Positions 37,501 through 50,600 of a stretch of DNA of 64,000 bases are shown one piece after another; positions within the stretch are counted from its first letter, which is position 1, and each line of letters opens with the position of its first letter. The notes under the pieces were generated by a model that ran no database searches, was not told where the DNA came from, and saw only the letters and a list, made by a program, of their open reading frames with translations. Position numbers and translations under genes: made by a program. Origin of the DNA: Iphione sp. A-MEVVRFRX5 (lineage: Eukaryota). The DNA lies in NCBI GenBank assembly GCA_976226885.1, contig OZ320317.1:46810001-46874000 (forward strand). Direction: 5' to 3'.

Positions 37501-37627
37501 TACTTTAATGTTGGAGTTAATGTGACACCTGTTTCTTTTTTTTCGGTAGGTTCGAGTGTTTGCGATGGCATTGGATGAAGCAGACATTCAAGCTCTACTG
37601 CAAATGAATGATGCCCTCTACCATTAA
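25563..37627 (+). CDS. Gene 1: extracellular protein, Cys-rich (chitin-binding-like) module - PAN - linker - PAN - partial three-finger(Ly6)-like - LamG/pentraxin-like; 5' end unresolved
   Basis: Phase-compatible GT-AG exons: 25563-25748, 26839-27010, 27538-27763, 30648-30753, 31415-31645, 33033-33164, 33512-33749, (36216 or 36224)-36427, 37096-37172, 37550-37627 (TAA). PAN motifs CEDHCLKTVYC and CKNWCLNLGYC; RGC..CFCQTDRCN; LPLDGHLNDVSG..HG, WHHLAMIYD, FVGCIDD. AATAAA at ~37923. The 33749-36216/36224 junction is uncertain. Confidence 0.8.
31827..31850. repeat. (TC)n microsatellite
   Basis: Direct reading of CTCTCTC... in an intron. Confidence 0.7.
35200..36190 (-). mobile_element. Decayed pogo/Tigger (DDE_1) transposase in a gene 1 intron
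   Basis: The minus strand reads ...CTCHSAGI*LTDVTLVFFPPNTLVL*PLDHGF*DTIKP*YKKRHLK, matching the pogo/Tigger FLPPNTT..LQPLDQG..K..Y+K motif. Upstream there are FILEQWL and ALKGL fragments. Confidence 0.7.
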
Positions 37628-38690
37628 TAGGTGAAACTTTGGATCCTCTCAGCAAATGATCCTCATTTTAATGCAAAATTACTTACACTGCATTGTCGTT
37701 TGATGAGCGAGGGATTTACTGTCAGGTCGTATTTCAGCTACACATTTCAACCAGGGAAAAGAGATTATTTCCAACTTCATGTCGTAGTGTGTTGGTAGTG
37801 TATTTCCTTATCTGTTTTCCAGGCTCTGGGTCGCAATGCGCAATTAGTGCCACGAAAAGGAGGTCTTTTTCATGCCATATATAGAAGAAAATCAAGTATT
37901 AACATTTTTTTACTTTGTGCTAAATAAACGAATCTTTAAATTAACTGCTATTGTGTTTTCTATTCTTAGCCATTTCCCTCTTATAGGTTTCTGCGTCAAA
38001 AGCTTATGCAGTTCAATCTAGCATTTCGGCATATTCTGGTGATATGATGAATTTGAATGAATCCTTGAGAAGGGTGATTCGTTCGTTTAATTGTTTATGA
38101 GAGAAATGAGTTATAACAGTGTTAAGGTGATTTCATGTAGACCTATGGATTAAGTGCATGTATCTCCAAATATGTTGGAAACACTCCTTTTAAAATCAGA
38201 TTACAACATAGCTGGAAATGAATTATCCAACAAAATTTAATTGAAATACATTAGATCGTAATGGCATGAATTGGCAAATCTGCTTTGATATTTTGTCTCT
38301 GATAAACAGTGGAATAGAAATGTATCCATCGCTAAAGAGGTTGTATGCCTTTACTACTTCGAAGAAGGAACCAACTGTCCGTAGTAAGATACACCTCATG
38401 CAAGAGGGTTGCAATATATAAGTGCGTCACTATCTGCTCACCTGGTGCCAACTTTTATCTTGCTTTATAGCTAATCACATTTTCAAATTCACTCCGGATT
38501 CAGCGTTACAATTTCAGTTTCATTTAACGTAGATTTCATTAACAGGAAAGAGGATCCATTCGTGATAAACATAGTTATTTTATTATTCAGCTGTGGCCTT
38601 CAGCGACCCTGGCATACATAACGGACTAGGTGGCCTTGCCCATGGTGACGGTCAACCATATATTGATAGAGGGAATCGGCCTTGGGTTGG

Positions 38691-41600
38691 CTACACCGAA
38701 GTTGTCATGTCCCCCGTGGTGTCGCCGGTGACGTCATCTACCGTAGCGTCGGTCACCCCTGTTGCTCCGGTGACATCCATTCCCTCTGTTACACCCGTGG
38801 AATCTCCGGTTGTGTCCGATGTATCTCCAGTGGCGTCCATACCTAGACACAAGGAGAGATCATTTATGAACATTCTCGTTACCTGGCGGACCTGATGCAC
38901 CCTGTCCATCCCTGTCACCCCCCCCCCTATACAAGTGAAACATCGGAAGGCATTTTCTTTTCATCGACGTGGAATCACTCATATCGATGTGATGCGGACG
39001 CGGCAATACACCCTAAAGTCGCCCCTTTACAAATGTATAAGTAACGCACAGTATAATTTTTGTTTCGTGCTTTCAGAGAAATAGTTATTTTTAGAGGTGC
39101 TCCTCGGATGGACTTTCGGCAGAAATATTACTAAAGCAAATACACTTGACTAATAACGATCTGTGTTAAGCACATTCTGGCCAACTCTATCCACACTGAC
39201 CTCTAACTTGTCTGGAGTTAGAAATATTAATTATCCTCATTCATTAGCATCAAAGTGGCAAACGGGAAAACTGACCTGGCATGACATAGAAGCCATCTAG
39301 ATTGGAGCTCAATATTAAACAGTTTTCTATAATGTGAGTAAAGGGCACGTTATTGTTAATTACAGCATGGCTAGTGCTAACACTACATTATTTTGTATAT
39401 AACTAGAATTTGTTACACAGTAAACATGTGAAATTGGTTGCACCTTTTTTAAAATTAGATTTTCAAGCTGATAGAGCTTTCAATACGTTCCATTGCATGC
39501 CACAGGTCACATTGTAAATATATGCTCATGGAAACAAAGTTATTTCTAATATGGGAGAAAACATGTTTTTTAACTTGCTCTATAGAAATAACATATTTCT
39601 CTTCAACTATTTGTATTACGACTTTCTTTTTCACCCTCCCTTAAATCACAGGTAAAACTGATATCTGGTTCAATTAATAATAAAATCTATGATAACAACA
39701 AATAGAATCTTAGTTATTAAATGCGCCTATTGCTTTTCCTATTTCACCCTTGAATAACCCCATCTTGACCTTACCTGTGACCTCCGCGCTGACGGTGGTG
39801 GGGCCCTCGGTGGCAGGTTCGGGCTTCTCGCATCGAGTGACGGTAACCTTGACGCCCGCCAGGTAGAAGCTGCCCCGACCGAAGAGTAATTTGAGGAAGG
39901 CGCCACATACCAATGGGTCATAATCCTTCATCGCAAAACACTTCGGCGTCTGAAGTAGTCAACGTACCGTTGGATGGTTATACATTGGAGGAATGGTTGT
40001 CATATATATTACATGTATTTACGTGTTATGTACGACATTACTATGGGACCACTGTGCTTTCATTCTTGCCATCTAAGTTCGCTCCCTCGTGTACAGGTTG
40101 CTCTATGTTACGCAAGTCCTATTTTCGGTCAACCTTGTTCTGATCCTCATCCAATTTATTTATATATAAATATATTCAATCCCAGCTTTACACCCAGTGT
40201 TTTCTGTTGATGACATTAATTTTCGTGCTACTGCACCACAAATAAGATATAAGCCTTTTTTTCTCTACAGAGGAGCAGTTTTCATGCATACCGCCAAAGG
40301 GATATGCACTATTTGTGTATTCATGTGTAAAAGAAATATGGGTTCCTTGTATAGTTTATCCCAGCAAATCCGAAAGTATGTTAATGCTTGATTGAGTATA
40401 TGTTAATGCATGGTTGAGATAAAGTATATGACAGGAATTATGGAAACATACCAAAAGTTCACAGAGCCAAATTGTTGGTGTCATTTCTAAAACAAACACT
40501 CACATATTTTTTGCCCTTCAATATATTCCTAACGGCCATTAGAGTTGGTTACTTCACGCGATGTTCTTTTATAAATAAAAGGCGAAATTTAGATGAATAA
40601 ATACTTATCTTTTCTTATTTTATCAAACATGTCCCTTACCGAGTCCTGTCTCGTGTAGCAAATCTGGTGACAAAAAATAGATGGATTTTCCTCTCTCAGT
40701 AATGTCCGTAGCTTGAGCCACGATTCACCCTCCCCTGTTACCTCCTCGTCCTCGCACTTCAAGGATTCTGTGGATGAACAAGATTTCGGATTAAAGGTTT
40801 TCGGATAAAATCAAATAGGAGATGCCAGCAGCTCCTAAGTTTCAAATGTTGCGATATCCTTTCAAAACCTTTACAAAAATGGAGCATCAAAAACCTTATG
40901 TAAAATAGGGTTCACAGCAGCACATGACAAATAGGACCCCTACAGTTAAAAGGTAAAACTAAAGTAGATGAAATGGGTATCTGAGGAATATCTATACCGT
41001 GCATGTACATAGTGCATTAACGAGCGTGCATATCTATATAGGGACCCATATAGAGTCGGACCAGTTGATAAATATTAACAGTGAAATGAGGACAAATTTT
41101 AAATAATCTTGTCTGTGAAAAACTAAAAACCAAATATTAATACATATCCATGATTTATATTCATAGCATTTTCTCTAAGTGTTTGCAGTTTCAGATTTTT
41201 AAGTAGTGTATTTAATGCGTTTTTGTTTTTAAATAAACAATAATCCCCTGTCGGTGTATCTAAAGGTTGTTTGCACCCGCCCTGGTGTTGCTGCAGCCTA
41301 GTGCTGCTCTCTATGCAAAATCATAGGATACATCGTTCTCGAGAATATTCCTATAGGACGTAATGAAAATGTGTACCTAGGTGTCCCGAAACTTTCAAAG
41401 AATGTTCAAGTGGCAATTAAAATTACAAGGATAATACCATCTGGTGGGGGGACCTCCTCATCCTCATCGGCCTCTGTCGTCATATCAATTGCAACTGCCG
41501 TACTCTCCGCCCCTGGCGAGGGTGTAGTTGTTGTTGTCGTTGTTGTTGTCGTCGTCGATGGCGTCGGTGGGAAAGGTGGCTTAGGTCTGGCCCCCGGATC

Positions 41601-42885
41601 AGGCATGGCATCATCTGAACGAAAGGAATAATGTATAGGCCTATGTTTTCCATAAAGGACTATACCGGATAACTTGACTGAAGTAAAAAAAAAAATGTTT
41701 CATATATACACTAATTTAAGTCAGGATGGAAAATATACAATAACACTTCACCAATCCCGGCACCCGTTGTTCCTTTGGAGGACGCTATAACCGCGAACCA
41801 AAGCCTTAATGGAACTCCTCAGCCATGCATTGTGACCGTAGTCATTACTTACAAGCTGGATGATAGCAGCGGGAGACGCTAACGTGGGGATGCCTTTCTT
41901 ATGGCTTTCTATGGGATCGAAAACGAAAGACAGAAAACTGGAAATGATCACCGGTGAAAGCCGTCCTATAAGGACGATTACTTGACACAAAAATTATACT
42001 TTCCGACTTTAATTAATCAGCACAAACAGACTGACAAACTGACAAACAGACGGACACAGAGAAAGCTAAATAGAGACAGACAAATAAACGGCCAGAAAGG
42101 CAGACCCTATACTCATTTAAAAAGGTTTTGCCAGGGCAATAGACAAAAAAGTAGTCCATTCCGCGAAGGTAACCTGCCTTTCGTGAGCACTAACCATCAC
42201 AGCCTGTCTGGCCCTCGTAATTCGCACTGGCCAAGGAGTTACAGGCGTTCATGTAAACCGTCTCGTCCTGGTAGTAGATGCAACACATGTACTGGGGTAG
42301 AAAGAGCGTCTTCACGCAGCTGGGCTTTTTGCTACACACATCCCGGCATGTGGAAAGTGTAAGAGAAGCAGATTTGTCAACTTCTCCTTTCTTGTCGGTC
42401 AGGTAGCGACATATGTCAAACCGAGTGCTCGTTCCACCTGCAATGACGAGAAGAAACTGTTTAGTCGTGATTGACTGGTAATAATGATTCTGGACAAAAA
42501 TCTTCGAATAGACTTCATTTGTTGTTCTTGAACGAAAAACGAAACAAATGTGATGTTTATTAAGTGGTCAGTTCATACGTATGACTGGTTTAGCTAAGAG
42601 ACCGGTCAACACTAACAATTTTTTCTCGTGTTGATTACAAATGAAAAAAAACGGGTATTTATTGAAAAACTAACAGAGTTGCCGAAATTGTTGCAAGACG
42701 TTACAAATCTGTGATAGTAAATGTCTGTAACATGGCGTTTAAAAAGTTGTTGAAAGCAAAGGCCTTTCCACTCTATGGAAGAGGAGCAAAAATTGTGTAT
42801 CTACTATGCACTTACCTTGAAAGGCAATACAATTGCAAACGAGAACGAAGATGATAGAAAGTCGGAAGATATCTTCTTCAATCAT
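38691..42885 (-). CDS. Gene 2: secreted protein, signal peptide - PAN - Thr/Pro mucin-like linker - PAN - Thr/Gly/Asp-rich tail (~314 aa)
   Basis: Exons 42885-42816 (MIEEDIFRLSIIFVLVCNCIAFQ), 42437-42195 (CRDVCSKKPSC), 41614-41438, 40767-40640 (CHQICY), 39949-39775, 38842-38691 (TAG). All are GT-AG, phase-compatible and total 945 nt without internal stops. A minus-strand AATAAA lies at ~38578. Confidence 0.85.
42020..42090. repeat. (GACA/AACA)n-like simple repeat
   Basis: ACAAACAGACTGACAAACTGACAAACAGACGGACACAGAG in a gene 2 intron. Confidence 0.55.
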
Positions 42886-44314
42886 GTTAGATAATAAACG
42901 ATATCCAATTTTTTGCTGTAAAACGGATAAATTTCCCTGTGCAAATACTTTGATATCTCCTCGATTTAAGCCCAGTATTGTGCATGGAGGTGTGACGTCA
43001 CATTGGCACGTATAGCTAAGGTAGCTGGTATTACTCTCGATGGCTGCTGGTAATGGGGAACAGAAGCATTAAGATGAGACGGCTGTAGAAAGGCTGGGTT
43101 GGGCAGGGGGTAGATGGGGGCGACCTGGGGGTTGGGAGGGGCAGGGAGATGAGGGATCATCAATATCGGAGTCTGGCAGGCGGCCAGGTGGTATCGCCGT
43201 GAGCAAGATTGGCCACCGTAGGGGCATGCCATGCTGTGGCTTGGAGGACCTCCACCCCTTCGGTATGACAGCAAGGTGGACGGGGATGACGGTCAGCATC
43301 ACCCGAGGCTATCATCCAACTAAGCCGACTACAAGCGCGGGGCCCACACCTGAGGGCATGTCCATATTGGACGGTCACCACCCTGAGAAGATGGGCCAGG
43401 TCTGAGGCACGGTATAGGTGTTTGGCATTCGGCCAATGTGCTGGGAAACAATGGTAATTACTGAGATAATTCATGACAATAGGGCGTGGCCTGTAGGAGC
43501 GCCGAACACCCCGACGTGTAGAGCCTGATCCCTGTGCATGATAAAACCGATTCTCCCGTATATGGAAACCTTTCAAAGTTTACAGTTGTCAAAGGTGTGA
43601 ATGCTGCTGTCTCTAATATGCATTTATTCCAGTGATCCATTTTTTTAAATAAAAGGTAGCCAAGACTTCGTCATCATAAGTAGTTTATCGTCAAACACGT
43701 CTTTACATTTAGATTGAGCATTGAGAGTGCTTCATCTACCACTGTAGTCATGTAGTAATAGTAGTATTGTAGTATTATAAAAACAGGCAAATAAGACCAG
43801 CCTTGCTTTACAGATACACTCTAATAAGGTCAGGGTTTTCATTTGTTGGACTAGCTAGCAAAGGCAGTATGCGGATAACAGGTACATCTGTGGTTATTCT
43901 CAGAATCCTATGGAAGCGGTCCAACGATATATTCCCTGAAGGCAAGCCTATGTCAGAATGACATGCGATGAATATAAAGAGAGGTTGACCGCCCGCCCAC
44001 CCCCAACCCACCTGCCGTATACTGGATCTGCAGGGTCCGTTTTGGCACCGACCTACAAGAGGACATGGACCAGAGAGGGAGGGTGGGGGAGCAAGTATGA
44101 AATCTTTCCCGCACACATTCCATCTCTATAAACGTATACTAACAGGCCATTTCGGCTTCCTGGCCTGCGTCCCACTGTGTCCGTCCACTGGTACAGGGCC
44201 ACTGGACGTTTCATCAGGAATTATTTTTTAGACTAACATTGAATGTGTTTCTATTGTCACTTGGTTTGAAACCAGGTTGGATACAGAGTCACGACACAAA
44301 GATTATACGCTACG

Positions 44315-47300
44315 ATGGAGGAGAGAGTTCTCTTAAGGGCGTGTTTGTTATTTCTATCAATGTTTTCAGCGGACGCGTTACTGGAAACAAGTAAGTAAAT
44401 TTTTGTGATTATTCCTTTTATTTGCTAACGGATATTAAATGACCCTAAGCTGTGACCTTGTACATGAATTTATCCACTGGATCCATAATTACTCTTACCT
44501 GGCTAGATGAGATTCCCCGGCCCTATAAAATTATGGGTGCGTTGTGTCAATTCCAATAGGGCGGCCACTTCCCCTCATGTTTCCCTTCTCGATTTTAGGG
44601 ACACCTATGGTGCATTTACACAATAATGAATAAACATTGTCGGACCCCTTCTTAAGGGATGTAGTTCTGCTCTAAAGTCAGTCGAGCCACCTGATCAGAA
44701 ATGTATTCCGGAAACGGTTTAGGCTATACCTTGAGTTTTTAAAAATATTTCCACCACACATGTCCTCCTTCTTGATCCTGTTGCTTGGTGCTGTCTCCAT
44801 TGAACAAGAACACAAAACATCTCCCAGTATTGTGATGTAACCATGTTTAGCCATACTAAAGGATGAAGAACTCTTCGAATTTCCATATAATTATCAGCTT
44901 TCAAACGTTGGGCGTTCAAATATGAAAACATAGTTTTTTACAAGCTTTATCCTAAATTTTGGGGAAAATATCTACAAAATCGTCTTATCGATTTTATGTT
45001 CTTCGTTTTCAGCTACCCCTTAAAGAATTGATTAAAGGCTGACATTTGAAGAGAATACCCTTCTCTTCTTCGGCCATCGGCCTTCGGCCATCCACAGGCA
45101 GGTCAAGTAAGGGAGTATTTGAAATTGCGATAACAGACGGCTCCTGCTCTTTCCAGCCACTTTCACCGACGTAATCTACCGGCGCGCCGTTCCACACTGG
45201 AAGGGCGTCTCCCTCGACAGCTGTGTGAACCTTTGTCTTGAGCTGAGTGAATGCTGGGGCGTGAACCATCTGCAGGGCATCGACGGCACGCGGGGGGAGT
45301 GCCAACTCTTGTACAACACCATTGCCTCCTGTAGTCCGGCCGCGCACCAGCACGTCCCTGCCCTTCTTAACGCTGTCTCCGTCTGGGTGAGACAGACATG
45401 CCCCCTACAGCGCACCTTTCCCGGTAGGTGGCTTCGAGGTCAGCTCCGTTGGCTGTCACTTATCCTTGTTGTCACCATCAAATCTCATCAAAATATTAGT
45501 GATCATAATGCAAGCCTTACAGTAATGGAAGACATATTTGGCGTCATCGCCCAGCAATGCTATCCGAACCGTTTGTGAGGTGCAATTGTGATTGGTTGCT
45601 TTTAAAAATGCAAAAAATATCTTTCAGCATCTGTTATTTTTTTGTCATAAAACCGATATTTGCTGTGATGTTGAGAATTCTTGCCTTCTTGAAATCAATA
45701 CATCCGTCCCTCTGTTATGTCAAGACGCTGTAACGGAGTACACTGTCCAAGTCCTTATGTCAAAACTAACGTGGTATAGACAGCATCATGACATGATTAT
45801 TAGAATGTTGGACCAATAACAATATCTCCAGATAAGCCGTGTCTGAATTAATGTTCATTTGATTTTCCCCTGTGAAGCATTGAAACTATGACCGATACGA
45901 CCCTCAAAAAGATGTTTATTATTAGTCATTACACTTACATTTCTAGTGATATACCCTTTGCCACATGACATGTGGACCTAGTGTACACGAATTTTTGAAT
46001 TCATCGGTCATGTACATATACCTTTTTCTTATATTTTTTAATTAAAGGTCCAAAGAAAATAGGCCATTGTGACGGTCGTATTGATTTATTCATTGAAGAA
46101 AAAAATCTTTAAAAATGAACAAAGATATATGTATATATCTATATCTTTAATCTCACAGGGCAAAAGTCCCTCTCACCGCTCCATGGCAAACGATTGCTTG
46201 GCGACCAGTGCCTGGATGGCAGCGTCCACTGGCGGGTCTACGAGAAGACGCACGTCAGACGCGGTGACTACACGAAGGGGCCCCGTACCTTCCTGGACTG
46301 CCTCGACAGTTGTGTCATGTCAATAGACTGTGCCGCCGTCGACTTTGATTTCGTCTACGATGTGTGCTACCACTTCGGGGTGGACGACGTCGAGGACTCC
46401 CAGTATCGCTTGGAGGACGCGACCTGCTGCGCCCACGCCAGGGTATTAGTTGCTGCTTTGGTGCAATCGTCCGTGACGTTTGCACTGGGCTTCAACACTT
46501 TCTCCGTTTCTCTGTCTCTGTCTGTCTATCTGTCTGTCTGTCTCTCTCTCTATCTATCTATCTCTCTCTCACGCACACACAATTACGGTGTTTTCCCATG
46601 GTGTAGAAAGATCCTTTGGACAGACAATCGATTTAATTGTATTTCTACCCCACAGTGAAAGTTTATCGCCTATCCTCATTTCAAGGAAATCCATTTGTGT
46701 CAAACAAAACATAAATATTTTCTTTTTTTTAAAATAAAGTGGGTCTCTACATAAAAACTGGGACCCTCTCTAAAAAGAGAATGTATCTAATGCCACACGT
46801 CAATTGCTGTTGACAAGCAGCTCTATGTGCTAATGCCATAGCTTGGGAGTTTAAAATTTAATATAGCTGATATCCTAAACAAAATGAAAACCTGTTGGTC
46901 AGCTGTCACAATGCTTAATGACCGAGGTATAGTGGATATCAGATTCTCAGGTAAACTTCCCCATGGTATAAGAAACGTGAGAATAATCTTTTTAGTTTGA
47001 CCTGCAACTGGACCAGGCATTGTGTTAGGCGCATCACATACTGTGCAAAAATCAGAGTACATCGGTTATCTTAGAAGTGCGACCCAGGCTCGCTTTATTT
47101 CCTTTTCATTTTACATAATGAGCACCTGTGTAAAGTCATCACCAATCGTGATTTATCATCTGTTGTTTTTTTTCTTTTCTCTCATCCCAGATTCCATGCA
47201 ATCATTCGTACCCCTCAGACAGCATATGTATATCCAGTGCAGGTGTATTCTTGCAGATCCGATGCGGTGTTGAAGGAACACCAGAAACCCCGAGCACGTC

Positions 47301-47578
47301 GACCACAACGACGACCACCACCACAGTGCCGCCCATCACTACGTCCCATACGGGGAGCACCCAGCGCCCAACTCCCACCCAGACGACGACGACGACGACC
47401 CTGCCGACCAGCACGGCCACGTCCGAGTCACCTCGGCCCAGTGTCAGCGAACCTGTGACCAGACCGACATCGCCGACAGAGGCGCCACCTGGACCCACCG
47501 CCAGACCTCCCTGGGCGATTCCCACGGTGGAGGCAGACATAGGTGATTGGACCGTCCTTGTATTCTGTCTGTCTGTCA

Positions 47579-47610
<32 letters not shown>

Positions 47611-50600
47611 CGTCTCTCTTTATGTGTTCGTGTAATATATCTTATTTCTATGGAATTTATATTCTTCATGTACGACTTAACCTGTTCACGCACAACTTAA
47701 AATAACTGTCTTGCAAAAATACAAAATAAAGAAAACATTTGTTATGTTTTTTGAAGAAAGGTGTTTAAATCATTTAATCTGCGTTGGGTTGCTGATCATG
47801 GGAAGGTAAGAGTTACAGTGTAAGGAAATACGTTGTAACTGTAAGAGGTGCATTTAAAAGATTGTTTGGTCCAGCTGAGACTTGATAGCGGGTTCATCTT
47901 ACCATTAAGCCACTGTTTGGGATATCCTCCAGCATGTGGCTAAGCCTCCTTCTTTTTCTCAGGCTGTCCCGGTGAGTTCCTGCGTTTTGACAACTCTGGT
48001 CGCCAGGGTGGTACTCCTGTCTTCGACTTGCCCACCAATACCTCCGACGACTGTAAGAAGCGCTGCCTCGACGAGGGCGACAAATGCATGGCCATCGACT
48101 TCGACCGAGACACCAATCTGTGCTACACCTTCAACACCGCAGATCCACAGGCCCTGACGCGCGGAAACAGGGCCTGCTGTGATCACTACGTCAAGCTCGA
48201 CTGTAAGAAATGCTTCAACTTGAAATCCCCCATTGAATTTTAGTGAAAAATCAAGATTCCAATTGGACCTCTTCCTGAGTTATTTTTTTACAATTAACAA
48301 TCCCGATGGTGACGATCGATATACACTTTAAAGGGAGAATGACGTGTCCAATAAACCAAAATGACAGAACTAGCTTCACAGATAATCCACCTGGCTACGA
48401 TATCTATAGTGCAGTGTCACGTAAAGTGCACATTTTTTTCTAGGTGAGGCCCTGGCGACTCAGCATTGTTACAAGCACAGCCCCATGTTATTCTTGGCCA
48501 ACCCCAACGAGCACAACATCATTGTGTCCACCATGCCCCCACTGGCACCGCCAGACCTGGAAGTGGTGCCCTGTTCAGGAGTCTGTTTTCAGCATCTCGA
48601 TCACAGTCAGTATAGAGTTGTATGATCGCATCTCTCACATGAACTTTTATGGTCTAATTCAATTCAGAAATTGCATTTCTGGGTAGTGAGCCGTACCATT
48701 ACAACAAGGTATCTTTTGCCTTTTGCGATATTACAATAGGCTTTCAACCAATGAAATTGTGTTAGGCCAAAAAAAGAATAGGTGTGTTTCTGGAAACGGC
48801 AGCCAAAAACCTATGTAAGGAGGGGGGGGGGTATCTTTTTTTTTTAAATTTTTTTGTCAACTTTCTTCCTGTGGTTTTCAATAATAATAAAGATAATTTC
48901 AAGAATTTTGACAAATTTGAATGAGTTTTACAGTTCTTTGCTGAATTTCCATGGATTTTGTTGTTTTCTACTGAATTTACTAAAAACATATGCTTTGAAA
49001 ACATGCATCTAAGGAAATTCAGCCTTGGAAACTCTTGGGGGCCAAAAATTTTTTAGGTAGGGTAAGGTTTTTCTAGGTAGGAGGGGTGGGGTAACCAGAA
49101 ACACACATATTTTTTTTGCCTTATTTTACAAACGGTCAGAGAAAAGGATGAAACATCACTTTGTTACGTTTTATAAAAAGCCGGCCGTGCATCAATAATA
49201 TATGCTTTTATTCATTTCGTTGTTTTAGAATAGAGTTTCTTAGTATGAAATCATTAGGATTGATATAACCTTTTATGACTATATACGAGGATATCAACTT
49301 ATCTTATACATAGTTTCACAGAATGCTTAGCAAACACCGGATTGATCTTTGGAGCACCCATTTACCAGTGTCAAGCAGGATGTCTTTCATCAAGTAGCAC
49401 ATGATAAGTATGTTAATAGAAGCTGTGATTAATATGCTAGAATAAGCACAACACGAAGGTACAATCTATTGGATATGCACTACATGTGCATTTTATATAC
49501 CACCTGCGTTGTTTCACAGATCCAGACTTTGGATTCTTCTCGTTGGAGCGTGGATGTAACACATCGGTTGGTGCGGGGCGGACGTGGAGGGCCTGTTCTT
49601 ACCCGTCAGAAGACCCCTTCAACTTTGACAGGGACTGCTCCTGTGCCTTTGACAGGTGCAATGGCATCAGCACATTCTTCTTAGACCGTAAGTCTAACGT
49701 GATATTTTCTACCTGCAACTGGTTTCAAACTTCTAAAATGGACATTTAGCAAACCATATGTGATAGAATAAAGCGTATCGCGCCACGCTAGCCTTTGCAT
49801 GGGTATTTAGAAATGTATACATATTTACATGTATATATATCGAAGGTGCAAATCAGCTACTTCTAGTCTGATGAGTTTATTAATAATGGCTGTTTATAGG
49901 CCTATTAGTTTGAGTTATGAAACCCTTTATATACATATTCTTCAGTATGACATGCTATGTCGAAAGAAAATGAAAAAATGAACGACGCATGCCAGGCGGC
50001 ATTGCAGCAGTAATTTATCATTAATGATGTGATACTAATTATGCAAATGCGTAGCAAATGTACATAAACTGGTATATTTACATTTACGTTGTATGTACAT
50101 TTATATACAAAGATGAGAAAGGTAACATACAAGTGTTAAAGGAGAACTGTAGACCCCCACAAACTTTTGAACATTGCAATCGATTCTGCTTTTTTTGCTT
50201 TGGGTCGCAGCGTATTCCAGGATAGTTTTTGCCACTGATTCCACTGGTGAGGGACGCAATCACTGAACAAGTCAATTCCCTTCTGCTTTCAATACCTTCA
50301 TAGATTATTTCACACGAAAACTGAGGTTGGGTTTGTTGTATACGTGAATATATTCAGTGCAATACAGCGGTGAAAGCAATTGATGTTTAATTTGGAATAC
50401 TTGTAGGCCGACGAACATATAGCTGTCAACGATGTAACATTTCCCTGAACATGTCGATGCTTGTAATATTGTTTCTTGATTCATATGTGTCCTCCAACCC
50501 CACCCACCCCCTTCCCTCATGCCATCGGTCGCAGACCTCACATGTTACTACCCATTCGACGGAAACGCGCGTGACCTGTCCGGCTTCACCCGCCATGGTC

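Noticed and set aside
42320-42335. Suspected frameshift in the gene 2 PAN exon
   Set aside because: Recounting the T5 homopolymer shows the frame is intact (TGT AGC AAA AAG CCC AGC TGC).
45009-45353. Minus-strand 114-aa ORF
   Set aside because: Antisense shadow of the gene 3 PAN exon (45157-45423), which has proper splice sites on the plus strand.
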